The position numbers were made by a program, and so were the translations under genes. From contig NZ_SNZP01000001.1 of NCBI RefSeq assembly GCF_004363805.1, positions 356,690 through 420,689 of the forward strand: DNA of 64,000 nt, given 5' to 3'. The notes below the pieces were generated by a model. That model was not told the origin of the DNA. It saw only the letters and a list, made by a program, of their open reading frames with translations, and made no database searches. Of this stretch, positions 50,229 through 59,511 are shown piece after piece; the stretch's first letter is position 1, and every line of letters begins with the position of its first letter. The DNA comes from Paludibacterium purpuratum. Its GTDB lineage: Bacteria > Pseudomonadota > Gammaproteobacteria > Burkholderiales > Chromobacteriaceae.

Positions 50229-51079
50229 GCCATTCCCTCCTGTAGGGTGCGTTGCGCCTGGCAATAGTCGCTGTCCGAGCAGACGAACAAACGATGGCCG
50301 GCGTCGTCGGTAATGATCTCGTCCAGATAACTGTCGCCCGATCCGCACAGCGCGCAGACATGCGGCCAGCGCTGCACCGCGAACGGGTGATCTTCGAAAG
50401 CCAGGCTTTCGACGGCGGTGTAGGGGGGGATGGCGTACAGCCGCTTTTCGCGACCGGCGCCGAACAACATCAACGCCGGGCTGCGATCGAGCTTCGGATT
50501 GTCGAATTTCGGGATCGGCGAAGGCGAGGCCAGATAGCGGCCATTGACCAGGACCGGATAGTCGTAGCTGGTGGCGACGTGGCCGAAGCGGGCAATGTCC
50601 TCGTACAACTTGACGTGCATCAGGCCGTACTCCTGGTGCGCGTGCAGCTTGCGGGTTTCGACCTCCGACGCCTCCAGCGTGCGCAACGGCTCCGGCTCCG
50701 GTACTTGAAAGACCATGATCTGGCCCTCGCATAGCGCGGTTTCCGGGATGCGGTGCCGCGTCTGGATCAGCGTGGCGTCCGCCGTGCGCGTAGTGGTGGC
50801 CACGCCGGTTACCCGAGCAAAGAAACGGCGAATGTTGACGGCGTTGGTGGTGTCGTCGGCGCCTTGATCGATCACCTTGAGGACATCGCTTTTGCCGATG
50901 ATGCTGGCGGTCAACTGGATGCCGCCGGTCCCCCAGCCATAGGGGAGCGGCATCTCCCGGCTGCCGAACGGCACCTGATAACCGGGAATCGCCACCGCTT
51001 TGAGCAGACCGCGCCGCAGCATGCGCTTGGTGTTTTCATCCAGAAAACCGAAGTTGTATTGCCATTGGCGCTCAGTCAT
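50225..51079 (-). CDS. phnJ: Alpha-D-ribose 1-methylphosphonate 5-phosphate C-P lyase
   Basis: Near-collinear match to E. coli PhnJ, including the four-Cys cluster (CxxCGSxxSYLDE…CSDTDYC). Confidence 0.95.
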   Translation of the reverse strand: MTERQWQYNFGFLDENTKRMLRRGLLKAVAIPGYQVPFGSREMPLPYGWGTGGIQLTASIIGKSDVLKVIDQGADDTTNAVNIRRFFARVTGVATTTRTADATLIQTRHRIPETALCEGQIMVFQVPEPEPLRTLEASEVETRKLHAHQEYGLMHVKLYEDIARFGHVATSYDYPVLVNGRYLASPSPIPKFDNPKLDRSPALMLFGAGREKRLYAIPPYTAVESLAFEDHPFAVQRWPHVCALCGSGDSYLDEIITDDAGHRLFVCSDSDYCQAQRTLQEGMA

Positions 51080-52169
51080 GGCGGGTCTCCTGTTGCGAAA
51101 GATCCGCCGCCTGCTGGCGCAAGGTGCGGATCAAGGCCAGCTCGGCCTGAAAGTCGACGTAATGCGGCAGCTTGAGGTGCTGTACGAAGCCCGAAGCTTC
51201 GACATTGTCGCTGTGGTAGAGCACGAATTCCTGCTGCTGGGTCGGAGCCAGCTGGTCTTCCCCCAGCTCCTCGGCACGCAGACTGCGGTCGACCAGCGCC
51301 ATGGCCATGGCCTTGCGCTCCGCCTCGCCGAACGACAGGCCGTAGCCACGGGTGAATTGTGGCGGTGCGGTTTTGCTACCGGCAAATTGGTTGATCATCT
51401 GGCACTCGGTCAGGGTGATCGCGCCGATGTCGATCTCGAAGCCCAATTCCGGCGGGCAGACGCTGACGCCGACCTCGCCCATGCGGATTTCACCGGCGAA
51501 GGGATGGCTCTCGGCATAGCCGCGCTGGGTGGCGTATGCCAGCCCCAGCAGCCAACCTTCGTCGGCGCGCGCCAGATTCTGCAACCGTGCCGGACGGCTG
51601 GCCGGGAACATCAACGGCGAACGGGTCAGATCCGGCGGTTCCGGGTCGCCCACCGGTATCGTTTCCGCTTCGATCAGCCCTTCGCGCGCCAGCGTGTCGA
51701 GAACGTTCGGCAGCGGGTGGGGCAGCGGGTCATGATCCTCGGCACAGTCCGCCTCCGCGCCGCTTTGCGCCAGCGAGAAGTCCAGCAGGCGCTGGGTATA
51801 GTCGGCGGTCGGGCCGAGAATCTGCCCGCCCGGCACGTCCTTGAAGGTCCCGGAAATGCGCCGGCGCACCCGCATGGCGCCGGTGTCCAGCGGCAGACTG
51901 GTCGCCAGGCGCGGCAGGGTGGTACGGAAGGCGCGCAACAGGAAGATCGCCTCGACCGCATCGCCCGCGGCCTGTTTCAGGGCCAGCGCCGCCAGGTTTT
52001 CATCGTAGAGCGAGCCTTCCAACATGACCCTGGCCACGGCCAGGCGCATTTGTTCGCGAATCTGCGCCAGCTCCAGCTCAAGCAGCCGTGGGTCGCCGCG
52101 CCGGCTGGCCGCCAGTAAATCCCAGGAGCGGGCAATCGCCTGCTCTCCGCCTTTGACGGCAACGTACAT
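51072..52169 (-). CDS. phnI: C-P lyase core complex subunit PhnI
   Basis: Canonical N-terminus MYVAVKGGEQAIA. The ORF-track start at 52211 is an N-extension. Confidence 0.88.
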   Translation of the reverse strand: MYVAVKGGEQAIARSWDLLAASRRGDPRLLELELAQIREQMRLAVARVMLEGSLYDENLAALALKQAAGDAVEAIFLLRAFRTTLPRLATSLPLDTGAMRVRRRISGTFKDVPGGQILGPTADYTQRLLDFSLAQSGAEADCAEDHDPLPHPLPNVLDTLAREGLIEAETIPVGDPEPPDLTRSPLMFPASRPARLQNLARADEGWLLGLAYATQRGYAESHPFAGEIRMGEVGVSVCPPELGFEIDIGAITLTECQMINQFAGSKTAPPQFTRGYGLSFGEAERKAMAMALVDRSLRAEELGEDQLAPTQQQEFVLYHSDNVEASGFVQHLKLPHYVDFQAELALIRTLRQQAADLSQQETRHD

Positions 52170-52170
52170 G

Positions 52171-52749
52171 TCATCCCTCCTGAATGCGGGTGGTGCGCGG
52201 CAAGCCGGCAATGCGATCGTCGGCGATCAGAATCGCATCGACACCGAGCGGAAAGCGCGCATGGTTGGCTTGCCATTGGTGCCAGAAATCGCCTGGCAGA
52301 CCGTCGGCGCCAAAGCGGCGCGTGTGCGGAATGCCGGGCCCGCTGCCTATCACCTGATCCTGGTTGAACGCCTCGATCTCGATCAAAAGGGTGGCCGAAC
52401 GATCCGGATAGGCATCGCTGCCGGCCTTGAGCGTGGACAGCGGCGGTAGCGGCGTGCCGGCGGTCAGCAAGAGAAAATCGGCCTCGGCCGGATTGGCGGC
52501 CAGATTCATCCCCGTATGGAAACGCAGGCTGGCCAGCGTGTCGTCCGGCAAGGACGGCAGCCACAGCGACACGTCGCGGTCGATCAAGGTATAGAGCAGG
52601 GCGGCGCTGCCGCGCGAGAGGCCAGGCAGTGCCGGCGGCAGACAGGGTAGGGCGCTCAGCCGTAGCGGCTGCGCCAGCGCATCCAATAGGCTGCGAAACG
52701 TCTGCTGGGCATCGTCGACCGGGTGTTTGAATGCGGGATGCAGCATCAT
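52171..52749 (-). CDS. phnH: C-P lyase subunit PhnH
   Basis: PhnH family (…FKHPVDDAQQTFRSLLDALAQP…). Confidence 0.85.
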   Translation of the reverse strand: MMLHPAFKHPVDDAQQTFRSLLDALAQPLRLSALPCLPPALPGLSRGSAALLYTLIDRDVSLWLPSLPDDTLASLRFHTGMNLAANPAEADFLLLTAGTPLPPLSTLKAGSDAYPDRSATLLIEIEAFNQDQVIGSGPGIPHTRRFGADGLPGDFWHQWQANHARFPLGVDAILIADDRIAGLPRTTRIQEG

Positions 52750-53195
52750 TCTCCCCTGACCATGGTAAAAAATTCGACTTTGCTGGCGGCCGCCTGGCGT
52801 GCATCGCGCGCGCGCCGCTCATCCAGAGCGCCTTGTAGCGGCGCGACCAGCTGCGTCAGCAGCTCAGCCTGATGCCGTGGGTCCTGCAACAGGGCATCGG
52901 CCACGGCGATCAGCTCGGCGTGCTCCGCATTCGAGCCGCGCACCCAGCCGTGGCCGGTTTGCTCGCCAATACGGCAACTGGCGCGGGTGACACTGATCTC
53001 GGCCAGATTGAAACGTGCCCCCGTGCCGCCGGCTCGACCCTGCAACATCACCAGCCCGGTTTCGGCGCGACGCAGCCACACCGGCGCCTCCGTCCGCTGC
53101 CGCCAAGGTGCCAGCAGCGTTTGCAAAGCGTTCGGCGGGCTGTTGGCCAGTACGCTCAACCAGCGTTGTCTTGTTTGCATGTCTGAAAAGCTCAT
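52746..53195 (-). CDS. phnG: C-P lyase subunit PhnG
   Basis: First gene of the phnGHIJKLM run; PhnG family. Confidence 0.85.
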   Translation of the reverse strand: MSFSDMQTRQRWLSVLANSPPNALQTLLAPWRQRTEAPVWLRRAETGLVMLQGRAGGTGARFNLAEISVTRASCRIGEQTGHGWVRGSNAEHAELIAVADALLQDPRHQAELLTQLVAPLQGALDERRARDARQAAASKVEFFTMVRGE

Positions 53196-53214
53196 TCAAG
53201 AAAAATTCATATAA

Positions 53215-53230
53215 ACGTATAGACGTATGC
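53215..53230. promoter_or_regulatory. HutC/GntR-type operator-like motif ACGTATAGACGTATGC in the phnG/phnF divergent region
   Basis: Fits GT-N-TA-N-AC half-sites (GTATAGAC; reverse complement GTCTATAC). The same GTCTATACG core recurs at 60434-60449. Confidence 0.45.
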
Positions 53231-53321
53231 ATGATAATGGCGCTCATCAGAGTTTGAACATCATGCCGGGATGAATGTTTTGTGACGTTTTCATGGTCCG
53301 GCTAGACGAAAGGAAGGCAGC

Positions 53322-54047
53322 ATGATCGAACGCGGCAACGGCGTGGCGGTATGGCGCCAGATCGAAAACACCTTGGCGGAGGAAATCGCCGGCGGCAGTC
53401 TGCGCGCGGGCGAACAACTGCCGACCGAACTGCAGTTGGCCGAACGTTTCGGCGTCAACCGCCATACCATCCGCCGCGCGATGGCGACGTTGGTGGAGCG
53501 CGGCCTGCTGCGCATCGAGCAGGGGCGAGGCACGTTCGTCCAAGACAACGCCATCGATTACGCCATCAGCAAGCGCACGCGTTTTTCCCGCAATATGGCG
53601 CGGCAAAACCGTAGCGCCGAGGTGGAGATCATGGCGGCCGACACCGTGCCGGCCTCTGCCGAACTGGCCGAACTCTTGGCTATCGCCCCCGGCGATACGG
53701 TGTATCGCGTGAAAACCATCAGTACCGTCGAGCAGCGCGTGATCGATTTCGGTACGGCATTCTTCCCGGCGGCGCGTTTTCCCGGCCTGCCCGATGTCTT
53801 CCGCCGGCACCGTTCTGTGACGCGCACACTGCAGGAATACGGCGTGCCGGATTACACCCGGCGCTTCACCCGCGTGACGGCGCGCCTGCCCGATGCCGAG
53901 GTGGTGGATTTCCTCGGCATTCCGAAAAACCGGCCGGTGCTGCACGTCAAATCGCTCAACGTCGATCTGGATGGCCAGCCGGTGCAATACGGTGTGACCT
54001 GCTTCAACGGCGACCTGGTGCAATTGGTGATGGAGGACGAACACTGA
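53322..54047 (+). CDS. phnF: Phosphonate-metabolism transcriptional regulator (GntR/HutC family)
   Basis: N-terminal GntR wHTH plus a UTRA effector domain. Divergent from phnG. Confidence 0.85.
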   Translation: MIERGNGVAVWRQIENTLAEEIAGGSLRAGEQLPTELQLAERFGVNRHTIRRAMATLVERGLLRIEQGRGTFVQDNAIDYAISKRTRFSRNMARQNRSAEVEIMAADTVPASAELAELLAIAPGDTVYRVKTISTVEQRVIDFGTAFFPAARFPGLPDVFRRHRSVTRTLQEYGVPDYTRRFTRVTARLPDAEVVDFLGIPKNRPVLHVKSLNVDLDGQPVQYGVTCFNGDLVQLVMEDEH

Positions 54048-54742
54048 TGCGCTACGCCGTGTTCTATGCCCCGCCGGCCGACCAGGTTTTCTGGCGCCTC
54101 GGCAGCGATTGGCTAGGGCGCGATGCCGCGAGCGGCCAGGAACAGGCGCAACCGGCGCTACCCGGGGTCGCGGCCGACAGCCAGGCGGCATTGACTCGCG
54201 CCGCCGCCCGTTATGGCTGGCATGCCACGCTCAAAGCGCCGTTCCACGCCGCCGCCGGCATCGATCGCACAGCGCTGCTCGCGGCGGTCGCCGACCTGGC
54301 GCGCGGTTTTACCCCCTTCGAGATCGCACTGCGGGTGGATTGGCTCGATGACTTTCTGGCGCTGCGCCCGGATGCGGGCACCGCGCCGCTGCTGCTGGAG
54401 TTGGCGACTGCCTGTACGGTGGGTTTGCAACCGCTGACCGACGCCAGTCGGCCGTTGCCGCCGCGCCCGGGCCTGAGCTCCCGGCAGTTGGCGCTGTATC
54501 GCCGTTGGGGCTATCCCTATGTGTTCGAGCAATACCGTTTTCACCTGACCCTCAGCCAAGCGCTGGCGCGCTCGACGCCGCTGGCGGCGGCATTGGAACA
54601 GGGGGCGAGGGACTACTTCGCCGACCCTGTCCGGCAGTGTGTCGACGGCCTGGCGCTATTCGTCGAGCCCGGCCCGGGCTTGCCGCTGCGCTACTTGGCG
54701 CATTGCGGTTTCGATGGTGAAGTGAGGCACTATGGCGGCTGA
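54047..54742 (+). CDS. DUF1045-family putative phosphonate-metabolism protein (2H-phosphoesterase-like)
   Basis: The N-terminus MRYAVFYAPPADQVFWRLGSDWLGRDA is typical of the DUF1045 proteins found in phn clusters. Overlaps the phnF stop (TGATG). Confidence 0.7.
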   Translation: MRYAVFYAPPADQVFWRLGSDWLGRDAASGQEQAQPALPGVAADSQAALTRAAARYGWHATLKAPFHAAAGIDRTALLAAVADLARGFTPFEIALRVDWLDDFLALRPDAGTAPLLLELATACTVGLQPLTDASRPLPPRPGLSSRQLALYRRWGYPYVFEQYRFHLTLSQALARSTPLAAALEQGARDYFADPVRQCVDGLALFVEPGPGLPLRYLAHCGFDGEVRHYGG

Positions 54743-55301
54743 AACCATCGGCCGGCTGTGGTATGTGATCGGCCCTTCCGGCGCCGGCAAGGACAGTCTG
54801 CTGGCCTATGCGCGCGAGCGCCTATCCGGCCAGGCGCGGCTGGTGTTCGCTCATCGCTACATCACCCGGCCGGCCGATGCCGGCGGCGAGAACCACATCG
54901 CACTCAGCGAACAGGAGTTCCAGTGCAGGGAACGACATGGCTGCTTTGCGCTCTGCTGGCGCCGCCATGCTTTGTGCTATGCCCTGGGGGGCGAGGTGGA
55001 GACTTGGCTTGCGCAGGGGCTGGACGTGGTGGTCAATGGCTCGCGCTCGACACTCGCGGCGGCGGCCGCGCATTTCCCGACGCTAACGCCGCTGTGGGTG
55101 CTGGCAAGCCCAGCCATCCTGTCGGCGCGGCTACGCGCCCGTGGTCGCGAAACCCCAGCGGCAATCGAGCGGCGGCTGCGAGAAGCGGCCGGTTTTGTAC
55201 CGCCTTGCGGCAGTCTGGTGGTGCAGAACGACGGTTCGCTGGTTGAGGGCGGGGAGGCTTTGGTGGCTTTGTTGCAGCGCCCGCCCCCAAGCGGGGGTTA
55301 A
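54732..55301 (+). CDS. phnN: Ribose 1,5-bisphosphate phosphokinase
   Basis: Guanylate-kinase-like P-loop GPSGAGKDSLL; collinear with E. coli PhnN. Confidence 0.88.
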   Translation: MAAETIGRLWYVIGPSGAGKDSLLAYARERLSGQARLVFAHRYITRPADAGGENHIALSEQEFQCRERHGCFALCWRRHALCYALGGEVETWLAQGLDVVVNGSRSTLAAAAAHFPTLTPLWVLASPAILSARLRARGRETPAAIERRLREAAGFVPPCGSLVVQNDGSLVEGGEALVALLQRPPPSGG

Positions 55302-55334
55302 GAAATACGACCGCTCGCTATGTGATGGCGCGAT

Positions 55335-56192
55335 TCATCGACCCATTGCGTGGTACTCCCGAAATGCCGTGGCGACGGTGTGCAAGGCCTCGCGCGTACT
55401 ACGATCGGACAAGGATGAAAGCATCACGATCGAAGAGGATGGCAGGCTGGGCAGGCCGAATCGGTCCGCCACGTCAATCAGTGCGGGTTTTGCCAGCCTG
55501 CGTGGGAAGGCGCCGACGGCAAGGCCCGCCGAGACCGCCGCCATGACGGCCTGCATATTTCCGCCGATAAATACTTCCGTCCAGCGCAGCGACGTTTTCT
55601 CCAGTGCGTGGATGGCCAGATTGCGCACCCCGCAGAGCGGACTGATGCTAGCCAACGGCAAGGGCGTATCCGGCGCGCAGTCGAAATCCGGCGAGGCATA
55701 CCAACCGTACTCTTCGGGACACAAAGTCGTCCCTTCCCGCATGTCGTCCTCTCTACGAATGACGACGGCGTCAAGCTGTCTATCGCCGTAAGCACCTAGG
55801 ATCGTACAGGCGCTGTCCAATTGGAGTTCGATCACTAGCGAAGGGGCCAGCGATCTCAGCCTGGATAGTATGTAGGGCATTTCAGGCCCGAATACATGGC
55901 TAGAAACGCCCAGCCTGATTTGTTCGCGTGGGGTGGCCAGGTTGGCGATGGCACGCTCGTGGGCATCGAGGAAATCCCGGGCGGACTCGATGAACCGCTC
56001 GCCATGCAACGAGAGTCGAACCTGTCGCGGAGTGCGTTCGACCAGGCGGTGATTCAGCGTTTTCTCCAGGCGTTTGAGCTTGATGCTGAGAGCCGCCTGG
56101 CTTGTCCCCAAAACCTCTGCGGCGCGCGTGAAGCTTTTTAAATCGGCAATCGCGACAAACGCCCTGACGGCGGCAATATCCAATGTAGGCAT
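55335..56192 (-). CDS. LysR-family transcriptional regulator
   Basis: wHTH MPTLDIAAVRAFVAIADLKSFTRAAEVLGTSQAALS…. Divergent from the MFS gene. Confidence 0.85.
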   Translation of the reverse strand: MPTLDIAAVRAFVAIADLKSFTRAAEVLGTSQAALSIKLKRLEKTLNHRLVERTPRQVRLSLHGERFIESARDFLDAHERAIANLATPREQIRLGVSSHVFGPEMPYILSRLRSLAPSLVIELQLDSACTILGAYGDRQLDAVVIRREDDMREGTTLCPEEYGWYASPDFDCAPDTPLPLASISPLCGVRNLAIHALEKTSLRWTEVFIGGNMQAVMAAVSAGLAVGAFPRRLAKPALIDVADRFGLPSLPSSSIVMLSSLSDRSTREALHTVATAFREYHAMGR

Positions 56193-56369
56193 TTCAACTA
56201 TTCATTTTTGATATCGCAGTAATAATGCTCGTGGCATTTAATGCCTGTCAACCGAATGCTACTATCCAAACCGATTATTCGTAAGAAGCGGCGTCGAGTT
56301 CTCGGTCTTCGCCCGAATTTAAGTGGCGCTATTTTATTTAAAAACAAAATAACCGGAGCGAAGTCGGAT

Positions 56370-57905
56370 ATGTCTTCCGTTTCATCGTCGAAAAACAAAA
56401 TAGCCCTAGCCGCAGTGTGTTTATCTGCGATTATGCTGGGCTTGGAAATTACAAGTGTTCCATCGATTTTACCGACCCTCAAGCGTTTACTGCCCGCCGA
56501 TTTCAAGCAACTTCAATGGGTCATGAATGCGTATACCATTGCGATGTGTTCAGTGTTAGTGGCAATGGGGACGCTGGCTGATCGATTTGGCCGTAGACGG
56601 GTTTTTATGGCTGGCATTGTGGTTTTTGGCATCGCGTCCTTGATTTGCGGACTGGCAACCAGTGCGCCGCTTCTCATCGCCGCACGTTTCCTGCAGGGAA
56701 CCAGTGCCGCAGCCATGCTGGCCTGTCAGGTTGCGGTACTGTCGCATCAATTCCGCGATGGGCCGGAGCGCGGTGTGGCCTTCGGCTGGTGGGGGGTGAT
56801 ATTTGGCTTGGGACTGGGGTTTGGCCCCATCGTCGGTGGCGCCATTGTCGCCTTCGCGAGTTGGCAGTGGGTTTTCCTGATTCATGTCTTTATCGCGACG
56901 CTGACGGCTTTACTCGCTCGCGCCGGTGTCGTGGAGTCATCCGATCCTCACGCGGGCAAGATTGACGTGGGTGGCATGGCGACATTGTCCCTCGCCGTTT
57001 TTTGTCTGGTATACCTGATTACCCAAGGACATGGTCTGAGGGATGGCGGTTCGGCGGCGTTGGCCGTGCTCACGGGCGGCATCGTCAGTTTCGTGCTATT
57101 TCTATTCATCGAGAACCGTGTCGCTCGACCGATGTTCGATTTCAACGCCTTCCGTATCCCCAGCTTTTCTGGCGCGCTACTGGGCGCATGCGGCATGAAC
57201 TTCAGTTTCTGGCCATTCGTGATCTATTTCCCAATCTATCTGCAGTCTGCTCTGGGCTATAGCAGCCTGGCATCCGGTCTTACGGTGCTGGCCTATACGC
57301 TACCGACCATCGTTGTGCCGCCTTATGCAGAAAAAATGCTGGCGAAGCGCGGTCCGAAATTTGTGATTCCACTTGGCCTTTTTTTTATAGCGTCGGGATT
57401 CTTTCTGCTACATCTGATCACGGCAACCGATCAGGCAAGCGGGATCACGCTATTGCCAGGCTGCATCTTGGCCGGTATTGGCCTGGGCCTGACCAATACC
57501 CCCGTCACCAACACCGCAACGGGGGCATTGCCACCCGAGCGTGCCGGTATGGCATCCGGCATGGAATATAGTGCTCGCATGATCTCGCTTGCCGTCAACA
57601 TTGCCATCATGGGTTTTATTCTGGTGCGGGGCATCGCGGACACTTTGATTCTATTCTTACCGCGCACAGGGACTGTTCCGGATGTAAACCATTTGATAGA
57701 CCTGATCGCAGCCGGGAATATTGCCGACATGACAATGCAGGGTATTCCGGGGTCGATTGCGAAAAATGCCCTGATACATGGATTCGAATGGGTAACGCTA
57801 TATGGAACCTTGGCACCGTTCATTATCGGGGTTGTGGCGATAATGGTGTTCGACAAAAAACAAATCGTGCCCGCCAAGATGAAAGTGGCTCTTTGCGAAA
57901 AATAA
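56370..57905 (+). CDS. MFS transporter (DHA2-like, 14 TMS)
   Basis: MFS motifs (GTLADRFGRRRVFMAGIVVFGIASL…). Start taken at MSSVSS; the ORF-track start at 56241 is an N-extension. Confidence 0.8.
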   Translation: MSSVSSSKNKIALAAVCLSAIMLGLEITSVPSILPTLKRLLPADFKQLQWVMNAYTIAMCSVLVAMGTLADRFGRRRVFMAGIVVFGIASLICGLATSAPLLIAARFLQGTSAAAMLACQVAVLSHQFRDGPERGVAFGWWGVIFGLGLGFGPIVGGAIVAFASWQWVFLIHVFIATLTALLARAGVVESSDPHAGKIDVGGMATLSLAVFCLVYLITQGHGLRDGGSAALAVLTGGIVSFVLFLFIENRVARPMFDFNAFRIPSFSGALLGACGMNFSFWPFVIYFPIYLQSALGYSSLASGLTVLAYTLPTIVVPPYAEKMLAKRGPKFVIPLGLFFIASGFFLLHLITATDQASGITLLPGCILAGIGLGLTNTPVTNTATGALPPERAGMASGMEYSARMISLAVNIAIMGFILVRGIADTLILFLPRTGTVPDVNHLIDLIAAGNIADMTMQGIPGSIAKNALIHGFEWVTLYGTLAPFIIGVVAIMVFDKKQIVPAKMKVALCEK

Positions 57906-58130
57906 TCATCATCTACGTCGATTTTTTTTTCCGAAGCCCTAACAGCATCCTGACATATAAACATCGAGCAATTGGCCGCCGTGGCAGGCGGCCATTGCCG
58001 CCTCTTCGCCATGACAAACTGGTTCATTAAAATTTTTCATAAGCGGATCTTCATTCCCGCCCCGTTGTACCGGAAGATATCCCCCCGCGATTCGCTAGCC
58101 TCGCGAGAGACCCCATTTTCAGGACAAGCC

Positions 58131-59054
58131 ATGCTTTATCTCTATACCGCACGCGATGCCGATCACTTGGCGTCACTCTTGCGCGATGCCCTTCCCGGGA
58201 TTGAATTGGCCGCGTGGCCACAAGATGTGGATTACAGCAAGGTTCGCTACCTCGTCGCCTGGAACCCGCCGGAGGGGTTTTTTGCGCGCCTCCCTAAGCT
58301 TCAGGCGGTATTTGCTTTGGGCGCTGGCGTCGATCGTATGCTGGCTCGTCCCGATCTTCCACGGCAGGTACCGGTCATCCGCCTGACGGACGCCGGCATG
58401 GCGCGGCAAATGGCGGAGTACGTGTTGTACGGTGTGCTGCGACACCAGCGCCATTTCGACCTTTACCAACAGCAACAAGCGCGGCACGACTGGAAACCGT
58501 TGCCGCCGAAGCTGGTGCATGAAGTCCGGGTGAGCGTGTTGGGGCTGGGCGCCATTGGCGCTGTGGTCGCCCAAACCCTGGCCGAGTTCGGCTATGCGGT
58601 GTCCGGCTGGAGCCGTCGCCCCAAGGCCTTGCCGGGAGTTCGCTACCACCACGGCCCTGACGGATTGGAAGATCTGCTGGCCGAGACCGACGTATTGGTG
58701 GGCGTGCTGCCCTCGACGCCGGAAACGCGCGGGCTGATCGACCATCGGCGATTGGCTCGACTGCCGCGCGGCGCGACATTGATCAATGTCGGGCGGGGCG
58801 ACCAGGTCGACGAAAGCGCATTGCTCGAGATGCTGGAAACCGGGCATTTGCGCTTTGCCCAGCTCGATGTGTTCGCCAATGAACCGCTGCCGGCGGAAAG
58901 CCCTTTGTGGGATCGGCACGATGTGGCGATCACCCCGCACATCGCGGCCATCACCCTGCACGGTCCCGCCGTGGAGCAGATCGCCGACAACCTACGGGCG
59001 CTGCAGCGCGGCGAGGTGCCGGCCGGACTGGTCGATCGAGCACAGGCTTACTGA
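58131..59054 (+). CDS. ghrA: Glyoxylate/hydroxypyruvate reductase A-like D-2-hydroxyacid dehydrogenase
   Basis: NAD-binding GLGAIG and a D-isomer-specific 2-hydroxyacid dehydrogenase catalytic domain. N-terminus MLYLYTARDADHLASLL. Confidence 0.75.
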   Translation: MLYLYTARDADHLASLLRDALPGIELAAWPQDVDYSKVRYLVAWNPPEGFFARLPKLQAVFALGAGVDRMLARPDLPRQVPVIRLTDAGMARQMAEYVLYGVLRHQRHFDLYQQQQARHDWKPLPPKLVHEVRVSVLGLGAIGAVVAQTLAEFGYAVSGWSRRPKALPGVRYHHGPDGLEDLLAETDVLVGVLPSTPETRGLIDHRRLARLPRGATLINVGRGDQVDESALLEMLETGHLRFAQLDVFANEPLPAESPLWDRHDVAITPHIAAITLHGPAVEQIADNLRALQRGEVPAGLVDRAQAY

Positions 59055-59167
59055 CCTACCTAGTAAACAATAAACGGGCCGAGTCTTTCTTATTGCATCT
59101 TTCCCCAGCGTTTGGGGGCATGCAACTTGAAAGGCCTGACGCTCTATATAGGCTCTGGATTGGCGCT

Positions 59168-59285
59168 GCGGCTGCGAGAGGCTGCCGGTTTCGTACCGCC
59201 AAGTGGCAGTCTGGTGGTGCAGAACGATGGTTCGCTGGTTGAGCGGGGTGGCTTTGGTGGGTCTGCTGCGGAGGTTGGGCACTAG
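59168..59285 (+). pseudogene. Orphan duplicate of the phnN 3' end (about 110 bp, about 88% identical to 55172-55283), in-frame fragment
   Basis: Translates to RLREAAGFVPPSGSLVVQNDGSLVERGGFGGSAAEVGH*, versus PhnN …RRLREAAGFVPPCGSLVVQNDGSLVEGGEALVALLQ…. Confidence 0.7.
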
Positions 59286-59485
59286 AGATAAATTTACGCT
59301 GAACCCGATGTATGCCTTGGTTATTTTTAACGCCATTTATGCATGACTGCCGCGTCAAGTTTATTCGTGTGCGCGATTCGTGTTGACTGCATAGTTTATC
59401 CGTACATCTTTCCAACATGAAAACCATTGAATTACCTCTAATCTATACGCTTCAACAATTCCGAAGCCATCGCGAACCTAGCATC

Positions 59486-59505
59486 TGGTATAATCCAATG
59501 GATTA
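59486..59505 (+). promoter_or_regulatory. Extended -10 promoter (TGGTATAAT) overlapping the palindrome TAATCCAATGGATTA upstream of higB2
   Basis: Seen in sequence. AT-rich, about 42% GC context. The palindrome is a candidate HigA2 operator. Confidence 0.5.
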
Positions 59506-59511
59506 CATGCC

